Positions 27,627 through 38,333 of a stretch of DNA of 64,000 nt are shown here, piece after piece. The number at the start of each line of letters is the position of its first letter. The first letter of the stretch is position 1. This DNA is from Bacteroidota bacterium. GTDB taxonomy: Bacteria; Bacteroidota; Bacteroidia; Palsa-965. The notes under the pieces are model-generated. The model made no database searches. It had not been told where the DNA came from and was given only the letters and a program-made list of their open reading frames with translations. The stretch spans positions 19,590 to 83,589 of the forward strand of contig JAAFIA010000007.1 of NCBI GenBank assembly GCA_013298545.1, read 5' to 3'. The translations under genes and the position numbers were made by a program.

Positions 27627-30266
27627 TTAGCCTTTGCCGGTGATGAGTTTTTTAATGCCGTTGAGTTTCATCAAGGCTTCAACAGGCGTAAGGGTATTGA
27701 TGTCTGTATTTAAAATTTCTTCGCGAATTTGTTCGAGCATCGGATCGTCGAGCTGGAAGAAACTGAGTTGCAGGGCATCGTCATTTTTTTCTTTCCTTGC
27801 AGAAGCGGGTGCGCTCATCAACTCGTCGCCGCTATGCGATTTTTCAAGTTGCGCCAGCACATCATTGGCGCGATCAACAACACGGCGTGGCATACCGGCC
27901 ATTTTCGCAACGTGAATACCAAAACTGTGTTCGCTTCCACCTTGCACCAGTTTGCGTAGAAAGATGACTTTATTCCCAACTTCTTTAACGCTTACATTGA
28001 AATTGCGAATCCGCGAAAAACGTCCGGCCATTTCATTCAGCTCGTGGTAATGCGTTGCAAACAATGTTTTCGCACGATTGACGGGTTGTTCATGAATGTA
28101 TTCGGCAATGGCCCAAGCAATGGAAATACCATCGTATGTACTTGTACCCCGTCCAATTTCGTCGAGCAGAATTAAACTACGCGCCGATAAATTATTGAGA
28201 ATACTAGCCGTTTCATTCATCTCCACCATGAATGTCGATTCGCCAGAAGAGATGTTATCGCTTGCGCCTACGCGGGTGAAAATTTTATCCACCAACCCAA
28301 TTTCGGCATGAGAGGCAGGAACAAAACTTCCGATTTGCGCCATGAGCACAATCAGGGCGGTTTGGCGCAACAAAGCAGATTTACCGGCCATATTCGGACC
28401 CGTAATCATTAAAATTTGTTGTGCTTCGGGATCAAGGTAAATATCATTTGCGATGTAGGGTTCGCCAGCGGGAAGCAATTGTTCAATCACCGGATGGCGG
28501 CCACTTTTAATATCAACCACATAACCTTCGTTGATGTGTGGACGTACATAATTTTGCTGTTGCGCAAGAGCCGCAAATCCGCACAGGCAATCGATCCGTG
28601 CAAGCAATGCAGCATTTTTCTGAATGGGTAAAATCCAATCGGCCAGTGCGGCTACGAGTGCTTGGTAGAGGCGTACTTCGATGGCTAGAATTTTTTCTTC
28701 TGCGCCAAGAATTTTCTCTTCGTATGTTTTTAATTCTGGTGTGATGTAACGCTCGGCATTGACGAGTGTTTGCTTGCGAATCCAATCAACGGGAACTTTG
28801 TCTTTGTGTGCGTTGGTAACTTCTAAATAATAGCCAAACACATTGTTGAAAGCAACTTTGAGCGAAGGAATTCCGGTGCGTTCGCTTTCGCGTTGTTGAA
28901 TTTTAAGTAGGAAATCTTTTCCAGAAAAAGCAAGCTGGCGCAATTCATCAAGTTCGGGATCGAGGCCATCGGCCATCACACTTCCTTTGTGAACAAGCAT
29001 GGGCGGCTCGGGATTTAGCTCGCGGGTGATGCGTTCGCAAATGCTGGCACACGATTGAATTTGCGCAGCGATTTCTTGAATACGTGCGTTGTTTACTTGC
29101 TTACAGGCGGTTTCAACAACAGGCAAGGTTTCGAGTGCGCGACGCAACTGAACCAGTTCGCGCGGGTTGATACGTGCGGCGGCGGCTTTGGCCACGAGCC
29201 GTTCGAGGTCGCCACAAACTTTTAATTGTTCGGCAAGTGTTTCGCGTAATTCAGAAAATTCTTGAAACGCTTGAACCAATTCGAGCCGTTCGTTGATGGG
29301 CTGTAAATCTTTGAGTGGCAAAGCGAGCCAACGCTTGAGCAAACGCGCGCCCATCGGCGAAACCGTGCGATCAATCACATCAACGAGTGTACGCGCATTT
29401 TCGTTTGGCGAATAAAACAGTTCGAGGTTGCGAATGGTAAAACGGTCGAGCCAAACATATTTTTCTTCTTCGATGCGTGCAAGCGTGGCAATGTGTTGCA
29501 CCCGATCGTGTTGTGTTTCGGCGAGGTAATGTAAACTTGTTCCGGCAGCAACAATGCCCATCGGAATATTTTCGACACCAAATCCTTTGAGCGAATTGGT
29601 AGAAAAATGTTTTTGTAAAATCTCTTGGGCGAAGTCTGTTGTAAAAACCCAATCTTCTAAACCAAACGTGATGAATTTATCGCCAAAATGTTCTGTAAAT
29701 AATTTACGCTTATTTTTTTGAAACAAGACTTCGCTTGGACGAAAATTCTGAAGGAGTTTATCGATGTAATCGTGTGTTCCTTGCGCGCATAAAAATTCGC
29801 CGGTAGAAATATCGAGAAAAGCGACACCGCTATTTTTTTCTTCGATGTGAATGGCGGCAAGGAAATTATTGGAGCGATGATCGAGTACTTTTTCATTGTA
29901 CGAAACGCCAGGTGTAACAAGTTCAGTTACGCCGCGTTTGACAATGGTTTTGGTCATTTTCGGATCTTCGAGTTGGTCGCAGATGGCTACACGCAATCCT
30001 GCGCGCACAAGGCGGGGCAGATAGGAATCGAGCGAATGGTGAGGAAAACCGGCCAACTCAATATGCGATGCGGATCCATTGGCGCGGCGTGTGAGTACAA
30101 TGCCTAAAATCGAAGAGGCGCGAACAGCGTCTTGCCCAAAAGTTTCGTAGAAATCGCCCACACGAAATAACAATAGCGCATCGGGATAACGTGCTTTGAT
30201 GGAATTGTATTGTTTCATCAAAGGTGTTTCCGAACCGTCTTTTGCACTTGCTTTTCCTTTGGCCAT
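27627..30266 (-). CDS. mutS: DNA mismatch repair protein MutS
   Basis: 879 aa with the Walker A motif GPNMAGKS, the mismatch-binding N-domain and a C-terminal HTH. Confidence 0.95.
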   Translation of the reverse strand: MAKGKASAKDGSETPLMKQYNSIKARYPDALLLFRVGDFYETFGQDAVRASSILGIVLTRRANGSASHIELAGFPHHSLDSYLPRLVRAGLRVAICDQLEDPKMTKTIVKRGVTELVTPGVSYNEKVLDHRSNNFLAAIHIEEKNSGVAFLDISTGEFLCAQGTHDYIDKLLQNFRPSEVLFQKNKRKLFTEHFGDKFITFGLEDWVFTTDFAQEILQKHFSTNSLKGFGVENIPMGIVAAGTSLHYLAETQHDRVQHIATLARIEEEKYVWLDRFTIRNLELFYSPNENARTLVDVIDRTVSPMGARLLKRWLALPLKDLQPINERLELVQAFQEFSELRETLAEQLKVCGDLERLVAKAAAARINPRELVQLRRALETLPVVETACKQVNNARIQEIAAQIQSCASICERITRELNPEPPMLVHKGSVMADGLDPELDELRQLAFSGKDFLLKIQQRESERTGIPSLKVAFNNVFGYYLEVTNAHKDKVPVDWIRKQTLVNAERYITPELKTYEEKILGAEEKILAIEVRLYQALVAALADWILPIQKNAALLARIDCLCGFAALAQQQNYVRPHINEGYVVDIKSGRHPVIEQLLPAGEPYIANDIYLDPEAQQILMITGPNMAGKSALLRQTALIVLMAQIGSFVPASHAEIGLVDKIFTRVGASDNISSGESTFMVEMNETASILNNLSARSLILLDEIGRGTSTYDGISIAWAIAEYIHEQPVNRAKTLFATHYHELNEMAGRFSRIRNFNVSVKEVGNKVIFLRKLVQGGSEHSFGIHVAKMAGMPRRVVDRANDVLAQLEKSHSGDELMSAPASARKEKNDDALQLSFFQLDDPMLEQIREEILNTDINTLTPVEALMKLNGIKKLITGKG

Positions 30267-30578
30267 AGACCGCGAAAATACCGTGAAAAGCCCGTGTTTG
30301 CGGCAAAAGTTTTTAACAGATGTTGATTAATCGCCCAAAACAGCATATATGCGACATTCGACTTCTCTTTACATGCACTATTTCGCGAGCATATACAAGC
30401 CTCTTAGCTGTATTCATCGGCAATATGTAGCTCTGATCGAGAATGATTTGCAGGAAAAATAGCTAGCAAAAACCGCAAATACTTTATTTATACTCTAATT
30501 TACTTAATTCGATGATATTGTTCTAAATTGCATCTGCCTTCTACGGTTAAAAGCAAGTTCCAAACAAATAATTCGATC

Positions 30579-31817
30579 ATGATAATCCGTAACGCTGTTT
30601 TATTTGCTGTGCTAGAAAAAAAGAGTTTTAAAATTGGTCTTACTTTTTTCTTTCTGCTTATATGCGCTCAACAGATTTTTGCGCAAACAAATCGTGGCGA
30701 GACGTTTTTCAGCCTTGGTGGAAGCGGTGTTAATGGTGGTGGCATCAACTTCATGGTCGATCATAAATTGAAAAAAAACGCAAGCATGGGTCTTGGATTT
30801 ACACACACCTTTTTTGGAAAAGGAATGATGCGAGAAAATATATCCTGGCGCATACTTTTTAATTCAGACTTTACCAAACCTGCTGTTTTATTCATCGGCA
30901 TGCGCTTGGGTGCGAGCTACTGGTGGTCAAACGGGGCAGCAAACTCATATAGTTTATTAGGTCTTCAAACAGTAAAAGCCGGTTCAGTTTACCCATCAGC
31001 ACAAGTTCTTGCTGGTCTTCGTTACCTTTGGAATAATGGAATTGGTTTTCATATCGAAGGAGGGATTGGTTCGCCATACCTTGTAGCCGCTGGATTAAGT
31101 GCTAATTTTAGGTATCTCGGAAAGAAAAACAGAACTACTGATTCTACTATTGAAAAGGGAAACAGCACAACCGAGCCACCAGTTAAAAAGCCCCGTGCTT
31201 CAATGTTTCCGGTAGAACGAAAAAATGTTATCAAACTCAACCTAAGTTCATTTGCTCTTATTCCTTCGGTTTCGTATGAACGCTATCTTTCAAAAAACAT
31301 GACACTTGAAGTTGGCGGCTCATTTCAACCCCAAAAATCATGGATTCAGTCAGTTGAGGTGGCTTCTGATACGGGGCGACATTTGTACGAATCGGATTCC
31401 TTACATCAAGTACTGAAAGCATTTGTGCAACTTCGTTTTTACTTACTTCCCGAACGTTATCTTGTACCCAAGGGGTTGTATGTTGGTGCAATCTCGACCT
31501 ACATAAACCGCCAAATACTGGTCAATGTAGAGGATCTTTCTGCCGTTCCCGATTCGCGCAATTTCGATTACACCAGAGCAAGCGTTTTTTGGGGTGCGGG
31601 TTTGACGATCGGTTATCAGCATATTTTCGCCAATCGTTTTGCCATTGATGTGTATGGCGGTAGGATGTTGGGTTTAACCTATCCCAAGCCTTTGCGTTAT
31701 GTGGATAGCCGGATTTCGGAATCGGATTTTGAAAACTATTTCGGCACGCATCTTAACGGCGGTAGTAACAATTCTAATTTGATTGTTTTCCGAATAAACA
31801 TCGGTTACAATTTTTGA
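30579..31817 (+). CDS. Hypothetical outer-membrane β-barrel protein
   Basis: Signal peptide ...FFLLICAQQIFAQ. The C-terminal residue is F. β-strand-rich composition. Confidence 0.4.
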   Translation: MIIRNAVLFAVLEKKSFKIGLTFFFLLICAQQIFAQTNRGETFFSLGGSGVNGGGINFMVDHKLKKNASMGLGFTHTFFGKGMMRENISWRILFNSDFTKPAVLFIGMRLGASYWWSNGAANSYSLLGLQTVKAGSVYPSAQVLAGLRYLWNNGIGFHIEGGIGSPYLVAAGLSANFRYLGKKNRTTDSTIEKGNSTTEPPVKKPRASMFPVERKNVIKLNLSSFALIPSVSYERYLSKNMTLEVGGSFQPQKSWIQSVEVASDTGRHLYESDSLHQVLKAFVQLRFYLLPERYLVPKGLYVGAISTYINRQILVNVEDLSAVPDSRNFDYTRASVFWGAGLTIGYQHIFANRFAIDVYGGRMLGLTYPKPLRYVDSRISESDFENYFGTHLNGGSNNSNLIVFRINIGYNF

Positions 31818-31937
31818 AAATACCGGTATTGTTTCGAGATGTTTGTCCATTTTATTTTTCGTATTTTTTTTTGCTACGCTTAGAAGCAGCAAAAGCACAA
31901 CATTGGGCTTACCTTTGTAGCCTAATTTTTAAACCCT

Positions 31938-32738
31938 ATGATTGTATCAATTATCGGCTGTGGCAACATGGGACTGGTTTATGGTCGTTCCTTTTTGCGC
32001 TACAATATTGTAAAACAAGAAAATTTATTGCTCGCCGAAAAAAACGAGATGCGCCGCGACGAGCTACGCAAACTCAACATCGGTGAAGTAACCGTTGCCG
32101 ACGATCCTGCTGTTTTTAATGCAGATGTGGTTATACTGGCTGTAAAACCACAAGACTTTAGCGAGCTTGCTCCAAAACTCAAAGGAAAATTTCGGCCACA
32201 AGCGGTTATCGTGTCCATCATGGCGGGCATTCAGATTGCGCAGTTGGAAGAGGCTTTGGGTACTACGGCCATTGTTCGGGCCATGCCCAATTTGGGTGTA
32301 GAAGTAGGTATGGGCATGACTGGTTTTAGTGCTCATTTGTCGGTTTCGCTCAATCAGGTGCGGCGCGTGGAGCATTTGTTATCAACCACCGGACGAACGG
32401 TATTTTTTGAAGACGAATCGTTGCTCAATGGTGTAACGGCGCTGAGTGGAAGTGGGCCAGCATATTTTTTCTATATCGTGCGTGCTATGGTTGATGCCGG
32501 AAAAGCGATGGGGCTATCAGAAGTTGAAGCGGTTACTTTAGTGAAACAAACCATGCTCGGCTCGTTTCATTTGATTAACAATGCGGGTAAGCCTTACGAA
32601 GAATTAATTAGTTCTGTTGCCTCAAAAGGTGGAACAACGGAAGCGGCTTTATCTATTTTTGAAAAACGTGGTTTGCACGAAGCATTGATTGAAGGCATCT
32701 TGCGGGCGGAAGAGCGCGCGGAAGAACTTTCGCATTAA
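31938..32738 (+). CDS. proC: Pyrroline-5-carboxylate reductase
   Basis: Starts MIVSIIGCGNMG (Rossmann motif). 266 aa. The C-terminal segment SKGGTTEAAL resembles the ProC signature. Confidence 0.85.
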   Translation: MIVSIIGCGNMGLVYGRSFLRYNIVKQENLLLAEKNEMRRDELRKLNIGEVTVADDPAVFNADVVILAVKPQDFSELAPKLKGKFRPQAVIVSIMAGIQIAQLEEALGTTAIVRAMPNLGVEVGMGMTGFSAHLSVSLNQVRRVEHLLSTTGRTVFFEDESLLNGVTALSGSGPAYFFYIVRAMVDAGKAMGLSEVEAVTLVKQTMLGSFHLINNAGKPYEELISSVASKGGTTEAALSIFEKRGLHEALIEGILRAEERAEELSH

Positions 32739-32757
32739 TTCATTTCTATATAAATAC

Positions 32758-32797
32758 AAAACGCTTCGCTGCATGGATAGCAGCGAAGCGTTTTTTG
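32758..32797. terminator. Bidirectional Rho-independent terminator between proC and the minus-strand outer-membrane protein gene
   Basis: aaacgcttcgctgc atggat agcagcgaagcgtttttt, a perfect 14-bp stem. Confidence 0.75.
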
Positions 32798-32813
32798 TTT
32801 GGGGATGTTTGTG

Positions 32814-33545
32814 TTAGATGCTCAAGTGCAAACCAGCACTGAATGGGTACATTTTAGGACCGCGGTTTTCTTTGAAGAACGTTGACATATCGTAGTTAGC
32901 AAAGAGGGTGAAATTGCCGTAACCGATGCGGGCTGTTGCGCCATAACGGAATGGATTGACATTGAAATCGTCTTTGGTTTTACGTTTTTGCTCGTCGCCG
33001 TTTACTTCAAATTCTTGTTTGAGGCGGTTACGGAAAATATTGTAGCCAACAGTGCCACCGATACCGATATGGAAATTATTTTTCTCTTTTTTGCTGGTAT
33101 TGAATTCGAGCATCAACGGAACACGTACGAAAGTTGTTTTGAGTTTGTTTTTGCTAAAGTCATAGCCTTCTTCAATTGCAACGGGTTGATCGGTATTGGC
33201 TTGAAGGGTTACATTTTTGCGGAAAGCGTAGCTGTTCCAATCGAGGCCAATTCCGGTAACGAGGTTGATGTGATTTTGATAAATATGGATATTGTATTGT
33301 GCGATGTTCCAAGAAAAGCTGCGTGAACGGGCATAATCGAGTTCTAAAAAATCGTAGCCTTGTGGCAATGCAATGGTATTTTGTGGATTTAAAAATCCGT
33401 TTACGCCAATATCTAAACCTTCCCAGTATTTGAATTTAGAATCGCTAGTAATTTTACATTGGAGTGAATCTTCGCAAGCGATGGCAGGTGTGAATGCGCT
33501 CAGGGCAAGTGCGAGGGTGGCGAGGATGGTGTATGAAGTTTTCAT
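32814..33545 (-). CDS. Outer-membrane β-barrel protein (porin/OmpA_membrane-like family)
   Basis: Signal peptide. 243 aa. It ends in F. Alternating amphipathic strands. Confidence 0.45.
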   Translation of the reverse strand: MKTSYTILATLALALSAFTPAIACEDSLQCKITSDSKFKYWEGLDIGVNGFLNPQNTIALPQGYDFLELDYARSRSFSWNIAQYNIHIYQNHINLVTGIGLDWNSYAFRKNVTLQANTDQPVAIEEGYDFSKNKLKTTFVRVPLMLEFNTSKKEKNNFHIGIGGTVGYNIFRNRLKQEFEVNGDEQKRKTKDDFNVNPFRYGATARIGYGNFTLFANYDMSTFFKENRGPKMYPFSAGLHLSI

Positions 33546-33737
33546 GGTAATTCGTTTTTATGGGTTGAATGTTTTGTTTCTTTTTTAGCGAACCAGCTTG
33601 ATCAGGGCGGTTTCATGCATAAGACTTTGCTCGAAGTCGATTTGTTACAGCTTTTTTCATTTTCTTTCAAAAAACCTTATTTAACAAGGCTTTCAGAGGC
33701 TTGCCGAAACAAACATTTCTTCCTGTACATTTGCACC

Positions 33738-34274
33738 ATGCAAAAATTAAGCATGGACGACTTGCACCGGAAGAGTCCCGAAGAGTTTCGGCAATCGGAA
33801 AAAACACCCTTGTTGATTCTGCTAGATAACGTGCGGAGTTTAAACAATGTGGGATCTGTTTTCCGTACATCGGATGCGTTTCTGCTTCATTCGATCGTGT
33901 TGTGTGGCTATACCGGAACACCACCGCACCGCGACATTCAAAAAACGGCGTTGGGAGCCACAGAAACGGTAGCATGGCAATACGAAGCAGATATTCTGGA
34001 GGCCATGGAAAAATTAAAACAGGACGATTGGGAAATTTGGGCGGTGGAGCAAGCTAGCACCAGCATAAACCTAAACAACTTCCAAATGACTAAAGGCAAA
34101 AAGTATGCGCTTGTATTTGGAAATGAAGTGGAGGGTGTTCAGCAAGCGGTTATTGATCGGTGTGCTGGCTGTATTGAGATTCCGCAGCAAGGCATGAAAC
34201 ATTCGTTAAACATTTCAGTGAGTGCAGGAATCGTGGTGTGGGAATTATGGAAACAAACGCAAGCTGTAGAATAA
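33738..34274 (+). CDS. SpoU/TrmH-family RNA 2'-O-methyltransferase
   Basis: Contains LLILLDNVRSLNNVGSVFRTSDAF and a C-terminal SPOUT knot region. The start was chosen at MQKLSMDD. Confidence 0.7.
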   Translation: MQKLSMDDLHRKSPEEFRQSEKTPLLILLDNVRSLNNVGSVFRTSDAFLLHSIVLCGYTGTPPHRDIQKTALGATETVAWQYEADILEAMEKLKQDDWEIWAVEQASTSINLNNFQMTKGKKYALVFGNEVEGVQQAVIDRCAGCIEIPQQGMKHSLNISVSAGIVVWELWKQTQAVE

Positions 34275-34973
34275 TTATTTTCTTGTGGCTTGTTTGGATT
34301 TCGGGGCTTTTAAGGAAGTATCAACCGCTTTCTTCTCCTTGCGTTTCAGGGCATAATAGTCGCTGTACATCTTTTGGAGTTTGGTATTAACCTTATTGGT
34401 GTATTCTTTATCGTAAACAAATTTTTTATCGTACGGCTTGAAGCTAATCCGTGCAATTGGTTTTTCGAGAACGGAAACATCCAGTCCATTGATTTTTTCG
34501 AAGATATCAATATCAAATGTAAATTGATACGTCTTGCGGCAATCGAGTGGAACATGCGTGTCAACAATGACCATCTTTTCGACATAACCAACTTTGCTAA
34601 TGTGCATCATAAACCGACGATCGAGTGGTAATTTAAATGCTAGACGGCCTTTACTATCGCAAATTCCATCGATTACTTTTGTTCCTGTTTCATTGCTTAC
34701 CCAAACACGCGCATCGGCAAGGCCGGGTTTATCTTCTTGTTTTTGTTGTCCTTTAAATTCCAAAACGCGACCACGCATGTCGAGATGAAATTCATCTACA
34801 ACGAGTGTATCTTCATTTGATGTATAAGTTGAAACGTCAGTAGTTGGGCGGCTTGCTGTAAGGCCGATATAGGCCACAAGTAAACCAAAGAACATAGTTA
34901 AAAGTCGCATGATTGGGTCTAGCTTAATTCTTTCAAATATACGCCCGTATCGACGTATGGTTTCATTATTCAT
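34275..34973 (-). CDS. Hypothetical protein with a carboxypeptidase-regulatory-like β-sandwich region and a Lys-rich C-terminal tail
   Basis: 232-aa ORF containing VWVSNETGTKVIDGICDSKGRLAF, which is CarbopepD_reg-like. The N-terminus is hydrophobic. Confidence 0.35.
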   Translation of the reverse strand: MNNETIRRYGRIFERIKLDPIMRLLTMFFGLLVAYIGLTASRPTTDVSTYTSNEDTLVVDEFHLDMRGRVLEFKGQQKQEDKPGLADARVWVSNETGTKVIDGICDSKGRLAFKLPLDRRFMMHISKVGYVEKMVIVDTHVPLDCRKTYQFTFDIDIFEKINGLDVSVLEKPIARISFKPYDKKFVYDKEYTNKVNTKLQKMYSDYYALKRKEKKAVDTSLKAPKSKQATRK

Positions 34974-35054
34974 AGGGAAATTATCAACGTATGCTTAAAA
35001 ACAAAACTCCCCGCCAATGGCGAGGAGTTTTTAACCTTGGGGGCCAGGATCAGC

Positions 35055-36773
35055 TTACTGAATGAGTGATTTGAATTCTGAATTTTCGCGTAATTTCAAG
35101 AATTCTGCATCGTTTTTAGCTTTTTCTTTCAACGAACCGTCTTTCGAAATTGCAGAACGGAGGTTGTTGATGACCATTTCTTGGTTGCCTTTGCGAGCAC
35201 CAATAACGGCTTTGAGGTAATAAGTCAGAGCGTCTTCTTTTTCAGGGCTTGCATCAAGTGTTGTCAAAGCACCATCGAGATCGCCAGCCAATACTTTTGC
35301 AAGTGCTGCGTTGAAGCTTTTGCTTGCACCGAATTTGGTTGTAGCGTCTGAGTATGCACCGTTTTGAATGTCGATGATACCGAGGTTGTAGCTTACTTCA
35401 GGACCAGCAGAGCCAGCTTTTTCAAGCGTTTCTTTTGCTGATTTACGATCACCAGACCAGCGCATAACAATGGCTTGGTTATTCATGATGATTGGGTTGT
35501 TTGCAGAAAGTTTAGCCGCTTTATCGAACTGTGATTTTGCATCCTGCAATTTATTTTGTTGGAGGTAAATGCAACCAACGTTGTTAGCACAACGCCAATC
35601 GTTTGGATACATGCGTTCTGCTGATTTGTAGAACGTCAATTTTTCGTTGATGTCTGTTGTTAATGTTGCAGCGTAAAGGATTTCTTCAACAGAAAGACTA
35701 TCAGCGCTTGTGCGTGCAAGTTGGAGAATGCGCTCATCAGAGCGGCCAATTTCCATCGCGTTCATGGTGATTACAGAACGACGGAGTTTAGGAAGAATAT
35801 CTTTTGCAATTTCTTCGTAAGTAGCTGCCATGTTCTTGATTTCGCGCTCGCGTTGTTCGTTGTCTGAATATTGTGTGAGAACGCGAAGGATGAGTTCTTT
35901 GTCTTTAATAGAAGACTTTTGCATCATCTCTTGGAAACCAGGCCAATCTTCAGCAGTTGTTTGCTTTTGATAGAACGCATCGTTTTGAGCAGCAGGCAAT
36001 GGATTCTTTTTATCGCTGTATTTTGCTTTGAGTGCTTTTTGGGTAGCGGTAAAACGTTCTTCAGCAAGGTTGCTGTTGATCGAAAGTTCGCCATCAGGAG
36101 AAGCGTAAGAAGATACGGTTGCGTTTTTGAACTCGTATTTCTTGCCCATGCCCATTTTCACGAAATCGTTGAGTGGGGTCATGCCTTCGCCAGTCATTTC
36201 GTTTGCACGTACAGCAGAACGATTGATTTCGAAGTACATTTTACCTTCGGCAGAACGTGGAATAACGCGCTGAAATTGGTCTTTACCGATGATTGATTTA
36301 TCGTCGTTCTTAACAAGATAAGGTGTAACGATTGTTCCTTCACCAATTTTATGCGTTGGCATATCTTTGGTTTTGCTTTTTACTTGGCCAGTAGCATCAA
36401 CCACTAAAGAAGCATTGAGCATATCAGGTGTGTAAGGAACTTTATCGTTGTAGGTGAATGATCCACCTGTTTTGTAATTGATTTTCTGACCAGTTCCAAT
36501 GGCTTTTTCGCCAAGAAGGGTTGCTGATTTGAATTTGTGGTCGCCGAGTTTTGGTGTTACTGTCAAAACGGCTTTTTTAGCGAAATACTTCGGTGGGTAA
36601 GTCACCGTAATGGTAACGGCTACGCTGTCGCCGTGCATTTCACAAGGATTTGGTGTTACATTGTAAACAACCGTCGGTTCCTTTTTGGCCATTTTCTTGA
36701 GACCTGTGCAAGATGTAAAACCGATAGCGGCCATCGCAGCGAGACCCAGAATGTGAAGCTGATACTTTCTCAT
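35055..36773 (-). CDS. TPR-repeat lipoprotein
   Basis: Lipobox GFTSC. The C-terminal roughly 250 aa carry TPR repeats. Confidence 0.55.
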   Translation of the reverse strand: MRKYQLHILGLAAMAAIGFTSCTGLKKMAKKEPTVVYNVTPNPCEMHGDSVAVTITVTYPPKYFAKKAVLTVTPKLGDHKFKSATLLGEKAIGTGQKINYKTGGSFTYNDKVPYTPDMLNASLVVDATGQVKSKTKDMPTHKIGEGTIVTPYLVKNDDKSIIGKDQFQRVIPRSAEGKMYFEINRSAVRANEMTGEGMTPLNDFVKMGMGKKYEFKNATVSSYASPDGELSINSNLAEERFTATQKALKAKYSDKKNPLPAAQNDAFYQKQTTAEDWPGFQEMMQKSSIKDKELILRVLTQYSDNEQREREIKNMAATYEEIAKDILPKLRRSVITMNAMEIGRSDERILQLARTSADSLSVEEILYAATLTTDINEKLTFYKSAERMYPNDWRCANNVGCIYLQQNKLQDAKSQFDKAAKLSANNPIIMNNQAIVMRWSGDRKSAKETLEKAGSAGPEVSYNLGIIDIQNGAYSDATTKFGASKSFNAALAKVLAGDLDGALTTLDASPEKEDALTYYLKAVIGARKGNQEMVINNLRSAISKDGSLKEKAKNDAEFLKLRENSEFKSLIQ

Positions 36774-36888
36774 GTTGTGGTTGGTGTATTTCCAGTTTTA
36801 GGATACGGCGCAAAAATAACTAAATTATCCAAACAGCAAAGTCTTAATTTGTTACGATCTGATAATTGCTTCAAATCAGCACTAAAAA

Positions 36889-37497
36889 TTAGACTATTTC
36901 ATGCAATCCTGGAGAAAAATTGTTTTCGAGCAGTGCCTTTGTACGTTGAAACAGCAAATTAGGTTCGGTTTCTGGTTTTGTGAGCCATAATACTGGAATT
37001 TCACGCTCGGTTTGAAAGTAAGTGCGGTATTCTTTTTCTACACGTTCTAAATAAGCTGCTTGTATTTCTTGTTCATAGTCGCGCCCTCGTTTACCAATAT
37101 GCCCAAGCAAATGTTCGGTATTCCGGTGCAAATAGATGATAACATCGGGTTTGGGCATGGATTTGGTCAAAACAGCATAAAGCCGCTCGAAAAGCTGTAA
37201 TTCTTCATCTCGGAGATTGACACGCGCAAATACCAACGATTTGGCCCAGAGGTAATCGGAAACAATAAAGCTCCCGTTTTGAACACAATCCATCACCTGC
37301 TGCACCCGATCTTCTAAAAATGACAATTCTACCGTAAACGCATAGCGCTCTTGATTTTTATAAAACAAGGGGAGAAACGGATTGTCTTCAAAGCGTTCGG
37401 GCATAAAAACAGCTCCCGTTTCGGCTACTATGCGTTGTGCAAGTGTACTTTTCCCGGCACCAATATTGCCTTCAATTGCAATGTAGGAATGCTTCAT
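36889..37497 (-). CDS. Deoxynucleoside kinase (dAK/dGK/dCK family)
   Basis: Starts MKHSYIAIEGNIGAGKSTLAQ, which includes a P-loop. About 200 aa. Confidence 0.8.
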   Translation of the reverse strand: MKHSYIAIEGNIGAGKSTLAQRIVAETGAVFMPERFEDNPFLPLFYKNQERYAFTVELSFLEDRVQQVMDCVQNGSFIVSDYLWAKSLVFARVNLRDEELQLFERLYAVLTKSMPKPDVIIYLHRNTEHLLGHIGKRGRDYEQEIQAAYLERVEKEYRTYFQTEREIPVLWLTKPETEPNLLFQRTKALLENNFSPGLHEIV

Positions 37498-38009
37498 GGT
37501 GCTAAGGTATCGAAATCGTATAATTTCAAGGGGGTGGTGTCTGAACACAGAGGCAGCAACTCCGCTAGCGTTTTTTTCAAAACCGGATGCCGTAAATTCC
37601 CTGCAAGATCGACTAAGGGTTGCAGCACAAAAATACGCTCGTGCAGGTAGGGATGCGGAATTTTTAATTGTTCTTGATCCACAATTTCTTGATCCCAGAG
37701 TAAAATGTCAAGGTCGATGATACGCGGCCCCCAATGTATTGTGCGAATACGCCCCATCTCACGTTCAATGCGCAAGAGTTCTGTTAACAGTTCTTCCGGA
37801 TTTATGGTAGCCTTCAATTCCACTACTTGATTGAGAAAATCGGGTTGGTCGGTTTTACCCCAAGCACCTGTTTCGTAACAAGGGGAAACTGCGTTTACCC
37901 AAACACCCGAAATGCCCGCTATCAGGCGAACCGCATGGCGCAGATTGGCTTCGCGGTTTCCAAGATTTGTCCCTAAACCAATAAAGATATGTGTACTTAA
38001 CGTTTGCAC
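37494..38009 (-). CDS. folK: 2-amino-4-hydroxy-6-hydroxymethyldihydropteridine pyrophosphokinase
   Basis: Contains IGLGTNLGNR...IDLDILLW. 171 aa. Confidence 0.85.
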   Translation of the reverse strand: MQTLSTHIFIGLGTNLGNREANLRHAVRLIAGISGVWVNAVSPCYETGAWGKTDQPDFLNQVVELKATINPEELLTELLRIEREMGRIRTIHWGPRIIDLDILLWDQEIVDQEQLKIPHPYLHERIFVLQPLVDLAGNLRHPVLKKTLAELLPLCSDTTPLKLYDFDTLAP

Positions 38010-38082
38010 CCGACAAAAATACAGCAGAAATTCATCTGTCGTTTTAAAATAAAACGAAGGCCAAGAACGACCTGATGAATAA

Positions 38083-38246
38083 GTAACTGTTTAAATTTTA
38101 TCCTTTGATTTTGTTATGTGTCTTTTTGCACCATACTTCGTTGCGTTTTTCGACCGTAGCAGCTCCGCTATGGCCTTCAAAACGCGCCTCGTCTGGCACA
38201 AAAATCCATCATAACAATTCTCAAAAACAAATTTTAAACAGTTACT
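38083..38246 (+). repeat. Copy 2 of the MITE-like repeat of about 165 bp
   Basis: It has the same terminal inverted repeats, gtaactgtttaaa ... tttaaacagttac. It differs from copy 1 at about 8 positions. Confidence 0.7.
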
Positions 38247-38333
38247 AAGCAAACACGAAAACTTTTTGAAGAGCCTGATAATCGTTTGTTCCGTGTAAAT
38301 TCGCACCTGATTTATTTTTAAACTCATTCTCTC

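Noticed and set aside
38091-38327. 78-aa ORF (and the homologous 92-aa ORF at 62229..62507) overlapping the MITE-like repeat
   Set aside because: Both ORFs lie entirely within the dispersed repeat, in opposite orientation relative to each other's genomic context. They have no RBS or context support and are most likely repeat-derived spurious ORFs.
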